From assembly GCF_001194135.2 (NCBI RefSeq), contig NC_068981.1, forward strand, positions 198,810,898 through 198,874,897: 64,000 bases of DNA. Direction: 5' to 3'. The notes under the pieces were generated by a model. The model saw nothing but the letters and a program-made list of their open reading frames with translations. It made no database searches and was not told the origin of the DNA. How positions within the stretch are numbered: position 1 is the stretch's first letter; every line of letters starts with the position of its first letter. Origin of the DNA: Octopus bimaculoides (taxonomy: Eukaryota). Shown here piece by piece: positions 35,521 through 48,417 of this stretch. The position numbers and the translations under genes were made by a program.

Positions 35521-38211
35521 TGAGGGTCACCTTGGTCCCTCTCCATGACTGAAAGGGTAAAATAGGGGCCAGAGTAATGATTTGAAGAGATGCCATTAGA
35601 GAAGATAAAGTAATTTTGAGAAGAAGAGATTTACTGTTGCGATAAGATAATTGTGGAGAGGATAATAGGGAAGGAGGGAGGTAAAAATGGTTCTAATGTG
35701 AGATCCTTGTCCATTTGTATGTTATTGACGGCACCTTAACATTCTTGTCACCACTATTATGATGTGGCAGTATTCTGCATCTTACCATCTTTCACTCGTC
35801 TATCATGCTATCGCTGACAGCTCTGCAAGACAATGACTTTAAAATGTCTACTTTGATGGTAATTTGAACTCATATGTATAACATAACTGACACAGACTCC
35901 AACTGAGAGCTTGTACAATGACTCTACTCTTACTGATCTCCTACAATGACTGTCTGACTTTATAGTGGCTGACCATACCACTTTGTCACATGGAGAGGAG
36001 AGTACCATTTTCACTACAACAAAAATGGAGAAAAAAAATGTACTGTCTTTTTCTTTTAGACTAAGTGCAATTAATGTTTGTAGGGGAAGAATTAATAGTT
36101 TTAGCAGATTATTTCTTAATCTGGAGAAATGAAAAACAGAATAGAACACAGTAAAATGTTGAAGAACGAAACCTAAAAGTGAAATGCACAGTGTCCGTCA
36201 TTTCAGCCGGTTCTCTGACATCAAAACTGTCAGGTATTTTGGTATTTCAATTCTTTACCAAAAACTGTCAAAATATCTCTACAACAAGGAATATATTGAG
36301 AGTTTCCATTGTTAGAAAGAATTTCAAAGACATGAGAGAAGACAGCTTTATGTCACCTGGAGAGGAATGTATAGAGTTGATAACAGAGCAGAAATAACAT
36401 CACAAAAATGAGAAAGAGGAACAGGGAGATCCTTAAGGGGACATTGAAATAGAAAAGACCTGACAGCTCCTAGTCTACAGCCATTGATACATTAAACATA
36501 ACAAACTTTATAGCCAAGTGATTAGCACCAAATATCTAAAAGAAGAGATTTTTAGCCAGTATTCTTTGCCTAAGAATAAATTAAAGTTATCAAAAGTTTA
36601 TGTATATCATTAACAACGATGTTTATTAATGATGAAAATTAGAAAAGATTTTTCAGTAATTATTTAGGGAAAAATGCATCCCTTTACATGGAATTACATT
36701 TCTTTCTTTCTGTCTGTCTTTTCACTTATTATACATACATTTGAAAGACCAGAAAACCCAGCATTAACGAATTGCAATCAAAATCTGGAAAGTAACTACT
36801 TTGTTAGGTTCACTTCCATACAGTGTGAGCTGAGTGTTTGTGACCACAATTTACTAGGCTCAAAAATGAAAGATGTCCCAACATTATGTTGTGTGGTAAT
36901 GTAACAAATTTGTACTTTCTAATTTCTCATTCAAATGTATGATGATGATGATGATACATAAACATGGCAGATTACAATCTGGGAGAGGAAATGAAAAGGT
37001 ATTTGAGGTTCATAGCTCTTGCTACCAATCCCAGTGATGCAGACATCATCAGCTGCTTGAACCAAGCAGGGTCCTTTGTGTTCAGAATTAAGAAAAGAGC
37101 TGGAGGCCTTTAGCAAGGACATGCCATGTGTGTGAAAGAGAAAGTAGCATAAGCAACAGCGTGACATTGTCAGGACAACTGTGTTTGCCCAGCAAGTTTA
37201 GCACATCATCAACAACATCCATGGAGAAGGGGGGGTTGTCAAAGGCCATCACTTAGCAGTATAAGGGGTAGGAGTCCAGTATTGGATTTGTGATGCATGA
37301 GGACATCAGGGACCAATTCTATAAACTACAAAGAAAATGCAAGTAATTCATGACTGACAAAACCTAGGAGAATGTGATCATGGGACTCCCGATTCTCATT
37401 ATTGGAATCCCTCGACTGCTGTGCTGATAGAATCATTGATGGTTGGGCCAAATTACATTCTTGTAGTCTCATAGGGACCATTATTGACAGTGAGGGTAGT
37501 TCTGTTAAATAGTCTGTTTCTTTAGTCTATCCTAGTTGAATATGGCTGCAGTTTTTAGCTGGGAGTATGTTTTCTATTTTTTTTTTTGGTTCGTGTCCAA
37601 ATACCAATGGCCCTTACCCTCCACCATATATTTCGATGACGCTTTCAGAAATGAAGACAATAAAAAAACAAGATCCTTGGGTTCAACTAATATCATGTTC
37701 AGTAACCTTTGCACTCATTTTCGATTTCTTTTTTTTTTTTAAATTAAGAGTCCTGATTCTATTTCAAATTATCCTTTAATTAGATTAGTTTGTTTCAATG
37801 AAAGAATGATATGTTTGGTTAGAGGCAGCAGTTACTTGTCAATTAGGATTAGTCATCGTAGATCACTTAGTTCCATTAATACAAATAGAAGTAGAATGCT
37901 TGTAATGTGGGATTACGGACTACAGAGTTAGCAATCCACATCTTGTTGAAGTCAATAAGTTGCTGAAGTAAGCAAGGAACCGAGCTTGCCGTCAATACCA
38001 CGGACCAGTCTTAGCAGTTGAAGGATTTCCTCTAAAACTGTAATGAAGCTGAGAAACAGCAGTTCTATCGATATATGCAAAAAAGCCAATTTGGAAAAGT
38101 AGCCAACTCATAGAAATGAGGTGAAAATAGTAAAATGGCAAATCAAAATAGAAATGAAAATGTTTGCTCAGTTATTGTGAAGAAATGTTTCTAAGATAAT
38201 ATCTTACTTAC

Positions 38212-38308
38212 CAACAACACCAATGCCAGTGGTCCAAGGTAAACAATGAAAGCAAAGAAGAGGATCATGAGCCAAGTAAATATGCCACGGATAACCCAAT
38301 TCCTCCAT
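38212..38308 (-). CDS. Cds: Internal coding exon (97 bp) of CDP-diacylglycerol synthase, first transmembrane segment
   Basis: Minus strand reads ttctgatttctaacttacag|A TGG AGG AAT...GTG TTG TTG|gtaagt. It translates to (R)[32 protein letters not shown], matching the conserved CDS motif RWxNWxxRGxxTxxMIxxFxxIxYLGP. Splice phase is compatible with the upstream exon. Confidence 0.95.
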
Positions 38309-39254
38309 CTGTAAGTTAGAAATCAGAAATCAGTTTGGAACATTGGAAATCCATTATAAATATTGGAAGACATCAAGCTGACAACTGTTAAACAAATAAT
38401 CTTAACAACACATAATACAGAAGGAACAAAAAAAAAAAAAAACAAAGTCTAAAAAAACAAAACAAACAAAATCAATTAGGTTAGACAAACATAACAATCT
38501 TTTGTGAATCCATTAGAGAGAATAAAAGTGAGGGGGATAGGCTGAAGAGACACTCACTCATTGATGCACTTTTCAAACAGCTCCACTTCTATCTAAAAAA
38601 TAAAAGGCAGTTCCAAGTTTGCAGGTATTAGAGTTTTCTTTAAGAACAGCCATGTCTTGTTTGGTAGATGGAATTCTTTAAGAAATAACAGACACTCGTT
38701 GATTTCTTTCAAACCATTTTGTATTACATTAAATTCCACCAAAATAATTGATGACACAGTTATGGTTTACTTTGCCTGTTATTATATATATGCGGATGTG
38801 CACATATACATTAAGTGTGTGTGTGTGTGCACGTTTTCCTGTCTTATAAGAATAAAATACTCAATGTTTCTGCTATTTTCACAGCTATACTCCGTTTGAA
38901 ATTTACGCTCTTGTCTGTAACACACACACACACACATGATGGAACATTGGTTTACAAGTTAATTTGTTTTTCTGAAGGCTGTTTGTCATCTGAAATGTTA
39001 GTAAATTGAAGAGAAGGCATTTAAGAGACGAAGGCATGGTAAGTTTGATCAGTGATGTGCACTGAGTGAAAGCATAGAAGCTATGGCAGTAACTGATGCT
39101 CTCCCCCCACTGATACAGCCAGCCTGTCCCCAACAGTTGTTGCCCCCTTGTGAACCACTCTCCTTCCTCCCACTTTTGAATACTCACCCCCACCTCATTT
39201 AGTGGAGGGGGTCCTTTTCCATTTTCCGTCTTCTTTTCTAGTCAGTTAACTGGT

Positions 39255-39400
39255 GACCTCACTGGAGCCAGTGACATGGAAAAAGTATTGATACAGGAAC
39301 TATGCCAAAGTTGACATTGTGGCTTGCTGTAGCACTGTGGCTTGCTGGATCCTGTCAAACTGTCCAATCCATGCCAGCATGGAAAATAGATATTAAATGA
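39255..39400 (+). mobile_element. RTE 3'-UTR/tail fragment
   Basis: ggatcctgtcaaactgtccaatccatgccagcatggaaaatagatattaaatga. Confidence 0.7.
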
Positions 39401-39550
39401 TTCACACACATACACACACATGCATTTATATACATATAGTAATGTAACAAAATTGAAGATTATGTTTTGAGGATGATTATGATGATGATGATAGTGGTGG
39501 TAATGATGATGATGATTATTGATATCAACAACAACAAGAATTACATTTAC

Positions 39551-39672
39551 CTTGGATTTAGATTTGCCAATGCAGAATCTAAAATCTCTGTAGTTTTGTC
39601 GCTTCCTTGTGGAAGACTGCCAGTGGCACCAAGGTCTTGAGGTAATGGTTCTGCATCATCTTCCTCAGAGCG
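39551..39672 (-). CDS. Cds: Internal coding exon (122 bp) of CDP-diacylglycerol synthase / phosphatidate cytidylyltransferase
   Basis: Minus strand reads tgtgtttttctttgcag|CGCTCTGAG...AATCCAAG|gtaaat. It translates to RSEEDDAEPLPQDLGATGSLPQGSDKTTEILDSALANLNP plus AG. The trailing AG joins the leading A of the next exon to give Arg, so the junction is LDSALANLNPR-WRNW, matching the CDS1/2 pattern (human CDS2 approximately LNRALSNLSSRWKNW, from memory). Confidence 0.9.
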
Positions 39673-40544
39673 CTGCAAAGAAAAACACACAATTTCTAAG
39701 ACTGAGATACAATTATTGGAAGCAGACACAAATATTTTCTGTGGTCATCGTTTTTGATAATTTTCAAATGTCCAGCCCAAGTTAACATTTGTCTGTCACC
39801 CTTCAAGGGTCAATAGAGGGACTTAGAAACAGTTTCTTAGTGCGGAAACGGTTGCAAGTTGCAAAACACATGCCAAAAGGTTTCAGTGTTTATCAGGAGA
39901 GAATGCAGACTGTTTTGGGGATTTCTGGGGTTAATAAATAAAATACCAGTTAAATACTAACAATGGTTCTTGTTTGCTTGCCACCTGCCACCCTGAATCA
40001 TGGTGCTATTTTGTGAGAAGGGTTGTGAGAGAGTACTCACAGCTGCCCTTTGTCCAGAAATGAAGAAAAGCTCAATGTTGGACTAGCAATAACTTTTCAT
40101 AATCTGAATGATTGTATTGCTGAAATTTGCCAAAAGTAAGGACCAATGTGCAGAGGTATAACAGAACAACAACAAACACACATATAAACAGCAAAAATGA
40201 AAAAAAAACAAAAAACCAAACCCTAACCACAACAAAATCATCAACCATTGTTTGGTGAGGAATTCCAGGATTTTAGAAATTGTTTTTAAGTGAAGAGATA
40301 GACTTTCTGCCAGCTGAGTGAACCTTCTTTCAGAGAGACATTGAAAGATGGGACAGCTAAAAGGAGGAGAGGCTGCACCAGGCTGGTACTTATCTCAGCT
40401 GAGCAGACTGAAGCAACATGAAATGAACTAACTTGCTCAAGGATATATGATGAACTACTCAGTGTAGGAATCAAAACTGACAACTCATGATCTTGAGCTG
40501 AACCACTGGGCCACGCATGCACGCACACACGCACGCATGCACAC

Positions 40545-40985
40545 AGATTACATGAAGATGAGAAAAGTTGCAGGTCCTTTAAATACTGTCCATGATGTTC
40601 TGAAGGAGACTAGCAAAATAGGGCTTGAGATAATCCCTGATATGGTGAAGCAGGTAATAGAGGTGGGTGTCGTTACCTAATGACTAATTTGATAGCAGTA
40701 AAATAATCAAGTGTTAACGAGAGCAAGGGGGGAGGGGCTTTAGAAAGAAGCAGCTACAGAGACATCAAACAGATGGAGGATGAGTTTTGAAAGGAAGAGG
40801 TGTGTTGTAGCACCATTGATGCAGTTTGGATTTCACCTGGGTAAGAGCAGCACTGGTCCCCTATTTACAGAGAGACAATGACAAGAGATGTTAGTTAAGA
40901 GTTGGTCTCTCTAGTATATGTTGATGTGGAGAAGGCCTTCAACGAATGCCACGGTCTACAGTCTGGTGGTCTTTAAGAAAGCAAG
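40545..40985 (+). mobile_element. Old RTE RT relic
   Basis: gatgcagtttggatttcacctgggtaagagcagcac (MQFGFxPGKS) and gttgatgtggagaaggccttc (VDVEKAF) align with the younger RTE copies. Confidence 0.65.
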
Positions 40986-42015
40986 TTATTCAGTGTATAG
41001 AAGAGAAAAACAGAAAACGAGAACTCACTTTGGTGCATCCAGGGTGAACTTTGGACAGACCAGAAAGAAAGGAAAAGTCAACCTTGGCGGAATCTGAACT
41101 GAGAACATAAAAACAGACAAAATGCCACTAAGCATTTTGTCTGACACCCTAAGGGTTCCATTAGGTTGCCAACAGCAACAACGACAACAACGACAACAGC
41201 AGTAATAATAATCCTTTCTGCTTTTGGCATAAAAAAATGAAATTGAAGGGGAGGGGATAATTAATTATGTCTACCCCAGTGCTCAACTGGTACTTACAGA
41301 CCCTGAAAGAACGAAAGGTAAATGTGACCCCAGCAGAATTTGAACTCAGACCATAAAGAAGAATCAAATGCCTTTTGTCTGGTATGCTAACGACTCCGCC
41401 AGCTTGCCATCTTAGCCACAGCATCACGGGAATGGATGAGACTGGCTTCAGAAGGAAGCTGGAACTAATTTATAATATCTCTGTGACCATTGAAGATGTA
41501 GACTGAACACCAACCTGTTTGGTCACATCAGCCATTCACAAGCAGACAATTCAGTCTTTGCAGTCCTTATGACACCGTTGCATCATACATTAGTAAATAA
41601 AATTACATAAATAGGAGAGGATGACACCAATATTTTAGTAGGTTTCTTCAACTATTAGTCATAGAAGCTATATTATAAGTAAAATAAAAGATAACAACAG
41701 CACGGTATCAAACTAATTCCACTTTTTATTGCAAAAATAAACCTGGAATTAAAGATAAAAAGTTTGAAATTCTATGATATTGATATCGCTGTAATTGCAA
41801 CATTAATCTCATGATTGCTGCTTCATATAAAATGGCAAAAACACACACACAGTGCAGAGAGAGACTTCATTCAGAAGAGAGGAATAAGGAGATTTAGAAA
41901 CATCAATATAGCAAGAAACTTTATTGTACCTGTTGAAATATAAAGGATTATGAGAGAAATGTATGAAACATCGTTAAATTAAAGAGAAAGTAAAGCTGTT
42001 TCTTGTATACACTGG

Positions 42016-42110
<95 letters not shown>

Positions 42111-42369
42111 AAACGTACATGCTCAGCATGTCATTAAAGAGAGAGAGAGAGAGAAGGTGATAGATTCTGAGTAATACTTTCTGATAACAAAACCATTTGT
42201 AACTGTGCAAGAGATTTTCCAATTGATTGGTGATAATCCCTATCGATTAACAACTCCTTCCATGTTAACAAAAGCTATCATCACCAAATATGGATTATGA
42301 GATGCACACACACCACTGTGACTCAATTCCTTCTCACGGTTTAACACCGTTTCAACATGGCTCCTTCCT

Positions 42370-43297
42370 ACAGTGATTTACGATGCTGGAAAGGTCATTT
42401 ATATAAATTATAAAGAGGAGCGGGCCCAAGACAGTCCCCTGAGGGACACCACTGGTGACTTTTGCTGGGCTTGAGTGGATTCCACCGATCACAATGTGTT
42501 CTGCTCTCTAGGAAATACTTAATCCAGTGTAGTAATTTTCCACAGATTCCAACATTTGATAATTTTGACAGTAGGGTATTGTGGTCGACCCTGTCGAATG
42601 CTTTACTGAAGTCAAGATACATGACATCAGAGTTTGAACCTGTCCCCAAGGCTTTAAGTATATCTTCAATGTGGTGTAAGAGCTGTGTTAGACAGTCCCC
42701 GCCACAGCGAAAGCCATGCTGGTTTGCATTTAGGAGTTTTTGGGTCTCCAGGAAGTCAGCTATCCTTGATCTCACCACCTTTTTAAACACTTTAATGATG
42801 TGGGAGGTGAGTGAGACTGGGCGATAGTTGACTGCGAGGGATCTGTTTCCCTGTTTGAAAACCGGGATGACAGACTGGGTTAGGAGCTGTTTGGGTATAT
42901 AACCTGAGTCTAAAGAATTTCTCCAGAGGCTGGTCAGACGGACTGCAAGTTGGTGTCTACATTCCTTCAGGAGACTAGAGGGGAATCTATCAGGGCCTAC
43001 AGAAGAATAGTATTTGACCTCATTTATTGCTGCTATGATGTCTGAAGCAGTGAAGGATTTTATGTTGGGAATCAACTTCGTTCATTTCTCTTACGTCAAT
43101 ATCAGTGGATCACTAAAGACAGAGCAGTATTGTTTCTGCAGTATTTCTGCCATTTCTTTAGCATCGTGTTGGGGAATGCCATTATCATCGATCAATGGCC
43201 CAATGGGTGAGACAGCGGTTCTATGCTTATTTGCATATGAATAGAATACATTTGGGTTCTGTTTGATGTTTTTGATTACCCACTGTTCCTCCGCAGC
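42370..43297 (-). mobile_element. CR1-like LINE RT fragment, truncated at both ends
   Basis: IKQNPNVFYSY, GPDRFP, NYRPVSLTS, NQHGFR, YLDFSKAFDRVDH and [20 protein letters not shown]. It stops before the F/YADD motif. Confidence 0.9.
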
Positions 43298-43785
43298 AGT
43301 AAATTTATTTAACAAAACCGCCACTGGCTTCACCCACGGACTCCAGACGACTTCAGAATCTCCAGCAACTCTTCTGAATGGTCTCCTTTTCTTTAAGTTG
43401 GTGAATGCTGCCATAATCCTTGCCTTCAGGTCATCTGTGGTGTTACAAGGAGTTCTGTTGGTCTCTCACTCAACTGCGACCCACACATAATAATCAAGTG
43501 GGTTGCAGTCTGAGGAGTTAGGTGGCCAGATGTTAGGTGTGATGTGGTTGCAGAAATTGTCTGACAACCATGACTGGGTTCTCCTGCTTGTGTGGCATGC
43601 TGCCAGGCACAGGGTCTTCCAGCAGGAACAAAGACACAGGGTATTGCACCCTCTTGACCCAGGGCAGCACTACCTCCTCCAGGTACTTGATGTAGGCCTC
43701 TGTATTGGTTCTGAGTCTATATGGGAAGATGACTGAAGGCATAACGTTCACTCCAAACACCATGATGTTGACTGGATGTTTGATT
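43298..43785 (-). mobile_element. Tc1/mariner transposase C-terminal fragment, probably DD37D (maT)
   Basis: Minus strand encodes KHPVNIMVFG...NTEAYIKYLEEVVLPWVKRV, CHTSRRTQSWLSDNFCNHITPNIWPPNSSDCNPLDYYVW and LKARIMAAF. The spacing from the CH motif to PLD fits 37 residues between D2 and D3, although D2 itself is deleted. Confidence 0.85.
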
Positions 43786-43789
43786 TTTA

Positions 43790-43870
43790 TCAGCTCTCTA
43801 TCTTGCCAGTCCTCAGTCAAACTGTCCAACCCATGCCAGCATGGAAAGCAGACATTAAATGATGATGATT
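43790..43870 (+). mobile_element. RTE tail fragment abutting the mariner relic
   Basis: cagtcaaactgtccaacccatgccagcatggaaagcagacattaaatgatgatg. Confidence 0.75.
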
Positions 43871-44391
43871 TATCAATACACACACACATATATCTATGTC
43901 TGTATGTGTGAGTGTGTGAATATTTAATTTAAGCACAAGGCCAGCAATTCTGAGGGGGAGGGGTGGTTAGCTGATACTATTGACTCCAGTATTTGACTCA
44001 GTGAGATTTGAACACAGAAACTCAGAACTTAAAGAGCCACAACAAATACCACAAGACATTTTGCCAACACTAACATTTCTGCCAATTTGCTGTCTCAGAA
44101 AACATTTAATAATAAAAGTTGGGAGTTGTGCAAATTAAGGGCTGCATAGAAATTATACAAGAAGTCAAATTCATGTTGACCATGGCATGTTGTTGTTACA
44201 TTTGAGAAAGGGGAGTTGGCAGGGAGGGTGGTGGAAAGAAAACAACCCCTGCCGCTGCCACCACCACCATCACCATCACCATCAACACGTGTATTGGACT
44301 TTTGAAGTCTAAATCAATATGACTAAACTGGAGCCTTGAGGGTGGGAAATGTAGGTTTTGATGAATAAACTGACTGGATCAACGGAAACTC

Positions 44392-44435
<44 letters not shown>

Positions 44436-47400
44436 CGTTTTCCTTTTTCTCTGCCTTTCTTCTCCTTTTTCTCTATCACATGACTTTGTAAATGAACAAT
44501 CTGGTGTGTATATTTTAATGGCCTACCTACCAATGTATACAGTACGCTTTGTGCCCTAGGTGTCATGAAGACACTTGGCAAGAAATGGAAACAGAAGTGA
44601 AAGATGATGACAATGATGATGATGATGATAATAAAAACAAAAACAATAACAACAACAACAATAATTGTTTCAAATTTTGAATAACAAAGAAAATGAAAAA
44701 ACACATCAGCATCAGTGTGAGGATGGATATTTGGTGACAGCAAAATTTCTATTGATTGTAACATTACTGAGTGAACTTTATTAGATATAGAAACCATTTC
44801 AAAGTGTTTTTCAAGTGTTGGGGATGGGGGTGGGGGTGGGGGTGATGATACAGTCATCAATTATCATGATCTGACTTGTTTGACCTTAGTTGATGTGGAA
44901 ATTATAAAAGAGAAGATTTAATCCCCTCTACTTGTGACTGATGAAACCTTGTTAAGTGAGGAATAAAACTGCAGGAAAACAGCTGTTGTGTGGAACCACT
45001 GGTCATTTATCAATGACAATATCATATGGACCAGAGAAACAGTATTAAATCAAAGGTTGAGACAAAACAGAGGCGCCATGGAAATATCTCTAATATCAAA
45101 TAGTTAAGACAATACTCCTACAGAACTGTTAAAAGGAAAAAGCAGACATGATGGTCTTTAATCACTGCTACCTGTGTTCTTAATCAACGATAATGAAGAA
45201 GAAAGAGATTTCAAATCAGAAAGAATATTTCATTGGAGAATTTACAATTTTTTTTTTTTGTCTAATAATAAAACATTTTGGTTTTGAGACTATTTTAATG
45301 ACAGAGGGTATAATTAATTAGTGTCATTACATTATTATGGTTAGGATTATGTTGCTATTTCCACTAGCTCATCACCTTGTCCAAAAGTAGCAGGAATACA
45401 AATGGAGTAATTTGCATTTTGTTTAGAGAAATGAAAATCCCATATTTTTGGTTTCTAAAATATTCCACTCAAAACAAATGTTTGAATAAACACTTAAGAA
45501 GAAACTGTGTGTAGAGCACTTTCCTGTTAGCATCAAAATCTGATTATTATTATAGGTTTGTACAATTATATTGAATATATTCATACACATTCAAATGTAG
45601 AAAGACAGTATGGGAAAATACAGCACTGGGCCACGAATTGTGTTACTGGAGTGCAGGGGAGGCTTTTCTGCATTGTTAAGCATCATTAGTTATGTTGTTT
45701 AGAGCCCATTAACAACTGTTCTTATATTGAAATAGCAAACAATATATTTGCTGATGTGTGCAAAGCTTTGTCAAGCTAGAATTAATAAATTAGAAATGCA
45801 CTAAACATGGTCGATTGGAATATAGATGTGTTATGTCTGAAACTACTGCTATCTAGCACCTTCGGATGATCTCTACTCGACTGCTACTCAACACTCCTAC
45901 CACGGCCAGACTACCTGTCTTGGGAGATCCTACTTCTTTGCCTGGGGGCGTCGACACAACAAGATGTGTAGACTGGAATGTGGAAAGACCTTTGCTGGTA
46001 ATTAAACATTTAGTTGGATTTAGAGACAATGGTTAGCATTCTGTTTCTCACAAGGTTTAGATTATTGCTGTGACACAACCAGAATCAACTGAATGAGGCC
46101 AAATGTATTATTGAGATATAATTTATTTACTTCTGGAGTGATATACAACAAAATTGATTCTGGTAAATTTAGAACTCCAGACAAGGAGTTCATAGAATTA
46201 GTAAAACAACTCCATATTTTCTTTCAGTTGCTATATTAATTTTTGTAGTCCATTAATTAATTAATTATTAACAAAAGAGTAAATCCTTAATTGGAAATTA
46301 TGAATATGGAAATACTTATGAAAAGTTAAAACAAAAAGAAACTTAGTGAAATTTTGGGAAGCCCATAGCCCTCTGTGAGCTGTATTATTGTTTTTAACCC
46401 TGAGTAAACAGAGCTGTTTAACTCTGGGTCAACTGTGTTGTTTAGTCTTCTGGGTTACAGATGATCCCTTCTGTGAATGCCAGTTTTTCCTAGTTGTGGT
46501 CAATGAAAAGTCTTGTAGATGTTAGGAGAATTAATATCCAAGTGTCAAGCATTTCCTCTAATCATCTCAGAGTCGTTTTGAGTGGCAGCAGCAGATGGTT
46601 TCACTCACTGCCAACATCAAATATTTATGAACAACTGCACATAAGATGAAATATCATCAATCTAAATGACAACAGAAATAAATTGAATTTTTCCATCTTT
46701 TGATCAAAATCAATGGATGTTTTGACCGATGAATTGACTGCCATTTCAAGAAATAATGGTCACAAACTACTGCCATATAAATGATAGAAACAAAAAAGAA
46801 ACAGTTTGCTTAATCTAGTTAGATTCAAGCAGAAATCAGAAAGTTGATGACAAAACCCTAGATTTCGGTTTCCAGATTCTTTAGAAACAAGAAAAATTAA
46901 ATGTGAAATTGTTGGGATTCGTTCCTGTGTAAAATTAACCTGAATTTGGCCGGAATAAAAGTTGGCAATTAAAATTGCTGACCCAGTTTGTAGAGTTTGA
47001 TGTAAAGACTGAATGTTACGGTTACTTTACTGAATGAAAAGAATAAAGGGTTGATCAAAAATGAAACAGAACAAAAAGGATCAAGTCAATCATCTGCTGA
47101 TCCCCATCTCTGACCATTGCAATTGATCATCTTGAGGAAATGGAAAGGAAAGAATCATCTGGTTTACAACAAGAATATTGTAGCAAAAATATTGAAGCAA
47201 AAATTATTTGGAAGATAAATCAGAGAAACTCGATTATTTGTAGTTATCTTTTAACTGGCACTGAGACAACCTACTTTTAACATTGGTAATGTAGGGACTA
47301 CTGTCATCAACCAATCTTATATTACAGGTGTGCATGTCATTTGCCTGAAAAGTATGGTAACCATATTAGTTGTGAGAAAGCCAACCCCCCATTAATACAA

Positions 47401-47489
47401 AGCTTTGGCTCATTAACAATTAAGCAACAATGCTAATTCTTACAGTTATTAACCTCAGAAGCTATTTTCAACCAAGGCTTCCAATTCTC

Positions 47490-47700
47490 ATGGCAGTGTT
47501 TGCAGTGTTGAGATAGTTTTGAAGAGAGAAGAACTGAATGAGATCAAGGAATTGGTTTGCTGTTCAACAACACAAAAGAAACGATTGTGTGGAGTTTGTG
47601 AAAATGGTTTTATGAGTGGAGTGATGGGGGTTTGTAAGGATGTAAAACGGACAGAAGATGAAAACAGTCCCTAGGCATGGAAGTGAGCTAATAGTGAAGG
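47490..47700 (+). mobile_element. Very old RTE relic
   Basis: Loose nucleotide similarity to 23600-23820 (…ggcatggaagtgag versus …acatggcaatgag). Confidence 0.35.
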
Positions 47701-47979
47701 TATGGAGTGCATCATAGCAGTTACTATTCCTGAAATATATTCTTACCGTGCTATAAGATAAGGCAGTGGGTGGGGTGGCAGTGTCAATGGCGGGGAGGGG
47801 GGGGAATATATATTTCAGCACTGATAAGACAAAAATAGTTTTCTAGGAAATGTAGCAGTGGTGATGGCAGCAGTAGTAGTAGTAGTGGCAGTAGTAGTGG
47901 TAGAAAGTAAGTTGAAATGAATACAGAAGAGAGTTTTCATAGTTAACAATAGATGAGTTCATAAAGTTCAGATGTGTGC

Positions 47980-48014
<35 letters not shown>

Positions 48015-48143
48015 GACATACATTGCATATATATTACACTGCATCTATCATTCCACACACACACACACACATATATATATCCTATAAACACACATGTATA
48101 TACACACCACAGAAGTTATTGCAAGAGAAATATAATCTTGATG

Positions 48144-48197
<54 letters not shown>

Positions 48198-48239
48198 AAG
48201 AGNNNNNNNNNNGAGAGAGAGAGAAAGAGAGAGAGAGAA

Positions 48240-48271
<32 letters not shown>

Positions 48272-48417
48272 GAAGATCCTTTAATACAACGAACCAATGA
48301 AGTGTTTAGTAAATATTAATGTTTTATAATGAAAAGATTAACGAGGAAGAGAGGAGGAGGAGAGAAGTGAAGTGCAAAAGGAAATCAATGGGAAATAGAA
48401 TACACTTGTTTGGTAAT

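Noticed and set aside
35779-35835. A 37-bp minus-strand segment with good acceptor and donor (ttgtcttgcag / gtaaga)
   Set aside because: It has stops in all three frames and no Cds similarity.
44821-44842. G-quadruplex-capable runs (also near 6207-6231 and 13114-13172)
   Set aside because: Common low-complexity G-tracts with no supporting context.
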